DNA of 64,000 nucleotides from Callorhinchus milii. Lineage: Eukaryota. This document shows, piece after piece, positions 54,500 to 64,000 of this stretch. The stretch is from the NCBI RefSeq assembly GCF_018977255.1, contig NW_024704742.1, positions 67,086,001 through 67,150,000 on the forward strand. The letters run 5' to 3'. Numbering within the stretch: position 1 is the stretch's first letter; the number at the start of each line of letters is the position of its first letter. The translations under genes and the position numbers were made by a program. The notes under the pieces were generated by a model, which saw only the letters and a program-made list of their open reading frames with translations, was not told the origin of the DNA and ran no database searches.

Positions 54500-54785
54500 C
54501 TGGCTCAGTTGGTAGCACTTTCACCCTTGAGTCAGAAGGTTGTACATTTAAACCCAACGCTGGGATTAGGAACTCATAGAATCTAAAATTGCCACTTCAA
54601 CGCAGTGCTGGGTCTGTACTGCATTTTCATAAGAGACTTTAAAACTGAAGCCCCGTCTACCTGTTCAAGCGGATGTTAAGGATCGTATGGCACTTTGCAA
54701 AACGAGAAGGGAGTTTCTCCCAGTGTCCTGGCCAACAATCCCCCAAAATAAAACTGGTCATTCACTTCATGACTGCTTGTGAAGA
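54500..54785 (+). mobile_element. Old SacSINE1-like Deu SINE
   Basis: tggctcagttggtagcac head through the Deu body. Confidence 0.8.
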
Positions 54786-55796
54786 ATAAAGGTGTCTGCC
54801 ATTCTAATATGCATTATCCTTTCTTTAAATAGTTCTATACACTGGATACATGTGGAAATCTTTAGACTTATCGAAGGGGGAGAAATATCTCTGGTTAAAT
54901 TTCTTGAGCACCAGTTGGCTCATTATTGCTTATTCTTATTAATTGATGCTTAGTCATATTATTATTAATGAATGTTTATGGAACACTGCTGTGCGTAATT
55001 GGCTGCCAAGTTTCGCCCACAAAACACACAGTCAATCCACTTTGCAATATATTCTGTGAAGTGCTTGGAGATGTCTCAGTGACGTAATAAGGCGCTATAT
55101 CAAATGCAAGGATTATTATTATTACACGTTCCTCCCAGTTAATAGAGTGAACCAGGAGATAGCAGCTTTCCTTACGGTTTTCACCATCAACACTTCCCTG
55201 TGGTTCAAGCAGAGGGTGGTTCACCTTTGTGGGGGCTACATTGAGTTTTATATTTCCCTATGTGGAACACTATTTCAGTGAGCGAGTAGCAAATCTATGG
55301 AACAGACTCCCTAAGGAGATGGTGGAAGCAGAAAATGTTGAGTCTTTCAAAAGCAAATTATATAAATTTCTTTTAGGAAATCATATTTTGGGATACAGTG
55401 TAAAGTTTGGGCATTGATATGTGCAAGCGACTGCCAGGATGGTTGAAGGCGAACTGGATGGACCTTGTTCTTCTAGTAATTCCTATGTTCTTATGAATGT
55501 GCTGCTTGGTGACCCACTCAAGTGTTAACAAAACTCAGGAGGTTTTCCATGAACAGAAGGAGTCTTTCCGTTTCCAATGGGACCCGAGCCCACATTTGCA
55601 AAAAATAATTAAGCGCCCGGCCAAGCTACTGCACAGCAGGGAAGGAATCAAATTCATTACTGTAGCTCTCCGGAGGAAGTGAACAGACCCAAGTCTATGT
55701 CTACAATTTGATTCAAGAAATTTCTTTATTTTAAGACCTATCAGTGCAAAGGCCAAAGGCACTCGGCCAAAGAAAGGACCAGGGACTTGCATTTTT

Positions 55797-56130
55797 ATAG
55801 ACTCCTGTAGCATAGTGGTTAGAGCACTTGCCTCGCAAGAAAGACGACTCGGGTTCAATTCCTAGGTGGGGTGAAACCTTAGGCAAGTTTCCTTATTCCG
55901 TACGCATTTAGTATGGTAGGAGCCCAGTCGTCAGTCGATTGGCCGATCCAGGTATAATAATTTGGTCACTCAATCCATGACCGTTTGTGGGACACTGCTG
56001 TGCACAATTGGCAGCTGTGTTTCACCTACAAAATACACAGTCAATCCACTTTACAATGTATTCTGCTAAATGCTTTGAGACGTCTCAATGACACAATAAG
56101 GCACTATTTTAAACGCAAGGATTATTATTT
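55797..56130 (+). mobile_element. Long-form SINE
   Basis: Head, body and tail are recognisable. Confidence 0.85.
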
Positions 56131-57199
56131 CCAGCTCCTAGGGACGGGACGTTCTTCTGACGTGAAAGGCGCAATATAAATGTCATTTGTTGTTGTTTTA
56201 TAGCACCTCATCACATCCAAAAGTACAACTTGCAGCTAATTCGCTCCTTTGGGGTAGTGATTGTTTTTGCAAGCAAAAGCAGTCCCACTAACTGCGTGAG
56301 GGGAATGACCAATGTACTGGCACGTTGGTCAGAACACTGTGAGAAACTCCCTTCTCTTCTATTCCCTCTGCCGCACCATAAGTGGCTGAGCTTCCAACCA
56401 TTCTGCCCCCGCTCTCACCACCTCCCTCCCCCACATTTAAAGCCCGCTTTAAGACCCATCTCTTTGACTTCAACTCCCTCCTCCTCCCCAATCTCCCTGG
56501 CTTGGGTGCCCAGTCAGCTGTGTGAAGCGCATTGAGACCTCCTCCCAGTGTGAAAGGCCCTATATAAATGGCAACTGTTAAGGCAAATAAATTGGTCACT
56601 TCAACCCACGACTGTTTGTGGGACACTGTTGTGGGCAACTGGCTGCCGTGTTTCACCCATAAAATATACAGTCAATTCACTTTTCAGTATATTCTGTAAG
56701 GTGCTTTGAGACATCTTGAAGATGTTATAAGGCGCTATATCAAATACAAGGCTTATTATCATTATTATTATCATCGTAACATATTAATTGTTGTTGTTGA
56801 TGTTCACCTGAAGTGGTGGATGAGACCTCAGTTTAACATCAAAGGTAAAGGCCCTAGACTGAGCTCCAGGTTCTGATGTGAAGCATGTGAAAACTTAAGA
56901 AGTACTAAAATATACATGCCACATGTAAATTGCAAAGATATTTTACAGTTGTGAATTTCATAAAATTAATTCTAAAACAATCCCTTCATTTAACAAAGCC
57001 CCTTGTATGTTGTGTGATATAACATGAAAACAGGCCACTTGAGCTAACTAGTTCATGCTGGTATTTATACTTTATTCAAGCATCCACCTCTCTAATCAGT
57101 ACTGTTAGACTAGAGACAATGAAAAGTAGCTTTTGAACAGATGTTAGAAAAAAATATTACATGAGATTTAAATGTTTGGAATAAGCTACCTACCAAGTG

Positions 57200-58150
57200 T
57201 GCTAGCCTGCCTCAGTTAATAATAATCCTTGCTTTTGATATAGCGCCTTATCACATCATTGAAACATCTCAAAGCGCTTCACAAAATATACTGTAAAGTG
57301 AATTGACTGTATTTTATGGGCGAAACGCAGACGCCAATTGTAAACAGCAAGGTTCTACACACAGTCGTGGATTGAGTGACCAAATTATTATTATTATTAT
57401 TATTTTTCATTATTACCCCCAGAAAGCGATCCACCAATTGTTCAACAACCAAGTTCCTATTTACTGCTAGGTAAACAGAGGCGTGTGGAGTAAGAAAACT
57501 TGCCTAAGATTTCGCCCTGCCCAGTTGGTAGCACTCTTGCGTCGGAGAAAGAAGATCGTGGATTCCAGACCCCCTGTCGGGATTTGAACTCATGAAATCT
57601 AGGCTGATACCCCAATGCAGTGATGCATTGTCGTAAATGCCGTCTTTCGAATTAATCATTAAACCCAGGTCCTATCTGCTTATTTCAAAACAATGTTGCG
57701 ACTCAAAAAGAGAAGGGTCTTTCACCCATTTCTTGATCATCCCAAATAAAATAAAATAGCTTTATCATGTTCTGGAGATGTCTCAATATTCTTCACAGCT
57801 TATGAAGCCTATGTGGCAACTATGTATTTTGGAGATTAATGAGGCAGCGAATTAGCACACAGCAATGTCAAACAAACAGCCATGAAGTGAATGATCAATT
57901 TTATGGGGTGGGGGAAGGGTTTGATGGTCAGGATACCGAGAGAAATTCGCTTCTCTTTTTAGTAGTGTCGCAGGATCTTTAATATCCACCTGAACAGGCT
58001 GGGACCTTGGTTTAATATCTCATCTGATGGCGACATATCATACATACCACCAGCACTGCACTGCAGTGTCATCTTAGACTATGAACAGAAAGTCCCCGGC
58101 CAGGGGTTTGAACACACAACCTTCTGACTCCAAGGCGAGAGTGCTGCTAA
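57200..58150. mobile_element. SINE cluster
   Basis: Minus-strand long form (57217-57522) inserted in the head of a + Deu SINE with cagtt on both flanks, then a minus-strand Deu SINE (57755-58165). Confidence 0.8.
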
Positions 58151-58241
58151 CTGTGCCAAGCTGACTCTGGCAATCTTTATAGAATTATTACTGTTTTCCA
58201 CTTTACTTTTTTCCTTAAAAATTTCAAGTTATAATGAATGC

Positions 58242-58395
58242 AACAGCAATAAATGTAGGAATGTTAGGGGTACACAAGAGAAATAGGCTCCTGTGTCTTA
58301 ATAAACACTTTGGTCTGCTGCCTTGATTGTTTATTTAGTGCACAGGAGCCATTTATTGCCTTGTATACCCTGGGATTCCAAACTTTATTGCTATT
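58242..58395. repeat. ~150-bp imperfect palindrome (MITE-like or hairpin RNA)
   Basis: agcaataaa..ggaat..gggtacacaag..ggctcctgtg..taataaaca pairs with tgtttattta..cacaggagcc..cttgtataccc..attcc..tttattgct. Confidence 0.75.
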
Positions 58396-61300
58396 AGACT
58401 GACTGTGTGTTAAATTTCACATTAGCCACGTTTTACTTCAAAATGTAGTTTCCTGCTCGGCACACACAAAAAAACCCTCTCAACGTTAAGAGCGAACTGC
58501 AGCCTGGGGCAAATTATAATAGGCAGCAGACCTGAGAAAGAATGAAAAGCATACAAGGGATAATAAGCAGACAACACAACAGTGAAAATATCAAAAAACA
58601 AAAGAAAATGTTCAATTTATTATACAGTGAAACTCACATAAGTCTGATCTGTATAAATCGTATAATCGCCTGAGTCGTACATCTGCCCTAGTCCTGTTCA
58701 GTAGTTTATAATTTATACTTTGTATATCATATTACATGTTTAGTTCCAACTGATTTCAACTGTTTAGTTCCAACTGATTCGACTTGTGTGAAGTTTACTG
58801 TTGCGCCTTCCACGTCAAGAGGACATCTCACAGGATTTATTGCAAAGTGTAGTGACTGCGTATTTGTGTGTGGGGGGGTGGGGGGAGGTGGGGGGCATTG
58901 ATGGCCAGGACACCAAGAGAAACTTCCTACTCTTTTTGAATAGTGCCATGGGATCTTTAACATCCAGCTGAACAGGCAGACAGGATCTTGGTTTAACATC
59001 TCATCTGATGGCTCGCATCTCCTACAATGCAGCACACCAACATGGCAGCTAATTTGTTCGCAATGAGGTCCCACAAACAGCCTTGAAGTGAAAAAACAAT
59101 TTTATTTGGGGGATTGTTGCAGTATATCCTGTGAATCGCTCTGAGATGTCCTCCCAAAGTGAAACATGATACAGCACCTTTCATGTTGGGAGGAAAGTCT
59201 CAAAGCAGTTCACAGAATACACTACAAGCTGCATCAAGAACCAAAAATTACTATTTACTGTCCAAAAAAAACCTCAATAGTTGAGTAATACTGAATGCTT
59301 TTCGCTGTAACCCATATCTTCTCTCAATCACAAGGCCAACCTCTCTTTTGGTCACACTGCATTCCGGGGCAAAGAAACTCCCTGAAGCACAGTGCTTGGT
59401 TTACTTGCCTGGTTAATGTCACTGAAATTTTATGTCCTCGACTCTGCTGTTGGAAGAAGCTTTGAGGCCTTGTGGCAAGAATCAGCTACTGCCAATGGCT
59501 GAGGCCATCTGGCACTGCTGGCTCTCAGCAGTGTTACCTTAGTGAGAGAAAGGACTATCCAGGCCAGTCCAGCAGCAAAATGTGGGCCACACTTCAAAAC
59601 TTCGCATCAGTTTTGTTCCTTGCTTTTTTTTCCATTTCAACCCGCTCTGACCTGAACCTATCCAGATCCAAGCCAGTGCAGACATGACTCCATTCTGAGT
59701 GCAGCTTTCCCTTCCTTTACCCAATAAAATAAACAGTCAATTCACTTTATAGTGTATTTAGTGAAGCGCTTTGAGACGTTTCGAAGATGTGATAAGGCTT
59801 TATATCAAATGCAAGGATTATTATTATTATTATAAGTCAAGTAGGGCAATGATGAATATTAATAATCCTTGCATTTGCTATAGCTCCTTATCGTGTTGTT
59901 GAGATATTTCTTAAAGATTCACGATTGTTCAGAATCTTAATCAGTCTTAATTTCGAAACTGGTTTTCCTCAGTTCTTAAAGGCAGATGACTTCCAATCCA
60001 ACACTGTAAGCATTTCCCACTTCAAGAATATTCTAAGACCCACCGCCTTCGCTCAGCCATCTTAGGCCTTCTACACATCCCTCGACTCCTCTGCTCCACC
60101 ATTGGTGGCCGTGCTTTCAGCCACCGACCCCCTGGAACTCTTTGCCTCAATCCCTCTGCTTTCCCACCTCTTTGTCCGTCATCAGATTGCACCTAAAAAC
60201 TCTCTTCTTCGACCGTGACTCCGGTTAACTCCACTTTCTCCTCGATTCAGCGTCAGACTGTTAAGCACTCCAAGATACTATCCCGTATGAAGGACATTAT
60301 ATCACTGCAAGCTGTTAAAAGCAAAACGGACTGACAAGTTAAGACTAGATAGTTTCAGACCAGATGTCAACAGAGGTCAAGGCTTCAGAGTCCAATTGTA
60401 ACGATTTACAGCACTCCTATGGCTGAGATCATCTAACTAAGCACAGATAGCAAACCAGGGTCTTGATCAATACCACACCTAGTGATGCATATACCCTTCG
60501 GGGAAAATGGAGTAATTTACTTTGAGGTGAAAACCATAAAAGTATTGTAAAGCCCAGCTGGACAGAATGACTATAAAACACTATGAAAGAGAAGTGATAT
60601 GCTGCTTTTTCCGGAAAAGGGCCTAGGAAGGAATGATCCATGGAAATGATTTGGCTGCTTGTTTGGAATTGCTGTCTGATAGTAGAGGAGACTGCCTCTA
60701 CTATAACGAGAGGCTCAGTGGTTTATTTGCTGCAGGGAGTTGGCTTGCGGGCAGACAACATTTGAGAAAACAATCACTTTCTCAATTGATAACAATAATA
60801 ATCCTTGCATCCATAAAGCCTTAAACCTCTTCATAAGATTTCTGTGAAGTGAAGTGACTGTGCTTTTAATAATAATCCTTGCATTTGATATAGCATCTTA
60901 TGATGACATTGAAACGTCTCAAAGAGCTTCACAGGATACACTGTAAAGTCGATTGACAGTGTATTTTGTGGGCAACACCTGCAGCCAGTTGAGCACATCA
61001 GTGTCCCACAAACAGTCATGAAGTGAGTGACCAATTTTATTCTGAGGGATTGTTGGCCAGGTCACCATGAGAAATGGCTTTCTCTTTTGGTATAGTGTCA
61101 TGGGATCCTTAACATCCACCTGAACAGGCAATTGGGACATGGGTTTAACGTCTCAATGCGTACTCTCTCCCCTCCACTCTCCCCAACACTCCACTGGAGT
61201 GTCAGCCTAGACCATGGGAGCTCAAAGCTTCGACACTGGATGACCATTCATTCCCTCACTTAGATGTTTTTAGGGCTTGGAATTCATTACCACAAGGTGG

Positions 61301-61687
61301 GTATTGAGGCTGGATTGACAGAATCATTCAACAGGAATGGGATAACAACTTGAGCAGCAACAACAAAATTATATTTGTATAGCGCCGAGAAAGTTAAGGG
61401 ACATGGGGATAGGACTGGAAGGGAGGATTATATATGAGAAAGGATGACTTGGAAAAACAGTGACAAGGATACAATGGTCTCCCTCTGTGCAGTATGTTTC
61501 TATGCTTTAATGTTTGCTAATTCTCTGAGTGAATATATTGTCAGGAACTGTATGTGCATCCATATTGTGCCAAAGAAACATTGTGTTTGAGTCAGGGATT
61601 ACATAGAAAGGTGGACATTTTCAGCACCATTTGGCGCATTGTGTCTGTGCTGAATCATACCTGTGGTGCTTTTAATCACTTTCTGTA

Positions 61688-62058
61688 GGAGTCCTGTAGC
61701 TCAGTGGTTACAGCACTTGCCTCGTAAGCGAGAAGACCTGGGTTCGATTCCCGGCTGGGCAAAATGTTGGGCAAGTTTCCTTACTCCACACGCCTCTGTT
61801 TACCTAGCAGTAAGTAAGAATCAAGTTGTCAGTCAATTGGCAGATTGTTTTTCCAGGGGTAATAGTGCCTGTTAAAAAACAATTTGGTCACTCAATCCAT
61901 GACTGTTTGTGGGACACTGCTGTGTGCAGTTGGCTGCTGCATTTCGTCCACAAAGTTATACAGTCAATTCACTTTGCAGTATATTCTGTGAAGCCCTTTG
62001 AGATTTCTCGAAGATGTGATAAGGCGCTATATCAAATGCAATGATTACTATTATTATT
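61688..62058 (+). mobile_element. Long-form SINE
   Basis: Well preserved head, ttgggcaagtttccttactccacacgcctctgtttacctagcagtaag segment, body and tail. Confidence 0.92.
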
Positions 62059-62488
62059 CCAGCTCTTTTCCCACCTATTTCTGCAAAGCCTTGGTACAAG
62101 AGTCTGTTCTAAAGCTTAAGAGAGAATACAGTAAAACTTGCAGAAATCTTAACTTTATAAATCATTTAATTAACTTTATAAATCGAATCATTAGCACAGC
62201 GTAATAGCAGCATGGGATATCCCTGTGCAGAGCTCTCTCCAACCTCAATTATCATACAGTATCATTAATATAACAATCCTTACATTTAATATAACAACTT
62301 GCATTTATATAGGAACCTTCGCGTAATACTGTCTCAGAGTGCTTCACAGTGGTGGGTATCATGCTTATAATGTCAAAACATGTCTCAGAAGACTCATCAA
62401 GCAATTGTGAGTTTTGACAAACCTAGCAGCCAAATTTGCACAGAGCAATGTCCCACCAACAGCCATTAAATGAGCAATCAATTTTATA

Positions 62489-62782
62489 CGGAGTCCTGCA
62501 GCTCAGTGGCTAGAGCACTCGTCTCGCAAGCAAGAGACTTGGGTTCGATTCCTGGCAGGGCAAAACCATGGGCAAGTTTCCTTACTCTGCACTCCTGATA
62601 ATAATCCCTCAAGAAAAAAACACAATAATAAATTGGTCATTTCAATCCATGACTGTTTGTGGGATGCTATTGGCTGCCTCGTAACAGTCAAATTCACTTT
62701 ACAGTATATTCTGTGAAGCGCTTTGAGACTTCTGGAAGACGTGAAAAGTGCTATATTAAATGCAAGGATTATATATTATTAT
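62489..62782 (+). mobile_element. Short-form SINE with an internal deletion
   Basis: Head, short body and tail. Confidence 0.88.
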
Positions 62783-63341
62783 ATGGGGAGTGGGGGTGGG
62801 GTGGGGGGAGGCAGATTGTTGGCCAGGATTATTGTTGACAAACATTATTTTTGAGTAAAGACAGTGTTCACCGAATCACAAGATTGGTTTGGATGAAGAA
62901 GGCCCTTTGGCCCATCTGATCTCAACCCTGGAGAATACCCACCCTACTCTCCTCCCAACACACCATCAAACTACTGTTTGTCTTGATTTAATTGTGATGC
63001 ATACATTTAACCACTTTGAGACGTTCATTCTACATGAAAGTCACCATGCGAGTGCAAGTAGTCATTGTGTTAATTATGTCCAGTGATAATTGACAACTCA
63101 TGTTACAGTTTTTGCCCTTGTCTTAAAGTTGTGTGAAATTCCCTGAATGTCCAGTAAATAGACCACCTGCTAGTACAGTAGTTTGTGGGAATCTGTTCTA
63201 TTATTATGCAATGTGTGAAAGATGTTATTGCTATGCTCTGGGTAACCATCCCTGATAATCTCATGTGTTAACAAAACAGAGGCAGAAAGTAGCCCTCTTG
63301 CGGAATGGATAGAGCTGTAGCTTACAAACCAATTGCTTAAG

Positions 63342-63690
63342 AGATCTCAACTCCAACAAGATGTCATCTCTAACAAGGTGTCAACTCCAACAACATCTCA
63401 AATCCAATAAGATCTCAACTCCAATAAGATCTCAACTCCAATAAGATCTCAACTCCAACATCTCAACTCCAACAACGTCTCAACTCCAGCAACGTCTCAA
63501 CTCCAACAACATCTCAACTCCAGCAACATCTCAACTCCAGCAACATCTCAACTCCAACAACATCTCAACTCCAATACGATCTCAACTCCAATAAGATCTC
63601 AACTCCAACAACATCTCAATTCCAGCAACATCTCAACTCCAGCAACATCTCAACTCCGATCAGATCCTAATATCGATAGGATCTCAGCTC
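63342..63690. repeat. 17-bp minisatellite, roughly 19 units
   Basis: Units such as acatctcaactccagca, acatctcaactccaaca and agatctcaactccaata. Confidence 0.95.
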
Positions 63691-64000
63691 TGATGCCGGG
63701 TCCAACCCGAAATCTCGTGACTCACCACGACATGCAGGGGGTAACAGTCAAAGAGGCTTTATGGGCTGATGGCCTCTTCCTATGTTTCCTAAACCTCTGA
63801 TTTTTGTTTGTTGACGTATCTGCTCTTGGCCTACCCTCCTCTTGCCTGCAGTTCCACAGTCCCTGGCTGCCCTCTGGTATCCTTCCCCCCACGCCGCCTA
63901 AGTGGCCAATGTTCACGTGTGAGCCTCCAGCATTACTTTCAATAAGTAGAACTTGAGCCTCTGAGTCAAACATTCAAGCAGCACGTTGTGACGTTGATCT

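Noticed and set aside
58737..58780. 24-bp direct duplication (similar small duplications at ~9593-9680 and ~62150-62182)
   Set aside because: Ordinary slippage duplications.
63342..63690. CRISPR-like array
   Set aside because: Vertebrate context, 17-bp period, no unique spacers and no cas genes.
19100..64000. Exons of a neighbouring gene such as SPON2 (adjacent to CTBP1 in human)
   Set aside because: No spondin-like or other recognisable peptide in the ORF track or in my reading; small or non-coding exons could have been missed.

Overview
Vertebrate nuclear DNA, most likely a cartilaginous fish (inferred from the repeat content; possibly a chimaera/elephant shark). Positions 600-19085 hold the last eight coding exons and 3'UTR of CTBP1 on the + strand; the first exon lies upstream of the window. 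All eight exons have canonical AG/GT sites (the last ends at the stop) and join in one open frame of 1283 nt ending in DQL-stop. The remaining ~45 kb has no recognisable protein-coding gene. It is dense in repeats: a tRNA(Ala)-derived SINE in several age classes, an older Deu-domain SINE, L2 and CR1 LINE fragments, a Tc1/mariner-derived MITE, palindromic elements, a Penelope-type remnant, an unclassified ~0.9 kb family and a 17-bp minisatellite. I found no clearly new multi-gene system. The most notable signals are a composite CORE-like/Deu-like SINE whose tail tracks the local young L2, a perfect 22-bp intronic hairpin, a decayed partial copy of a CTBP1 exon, inverted SINEs bracketing CTBP1 exons, a decayed hammerhead core, and an unclassified repeat with a structured fixed end. 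Repeat family names come from recognised motifs, not from database searches, and repeat boundaries are approximate.
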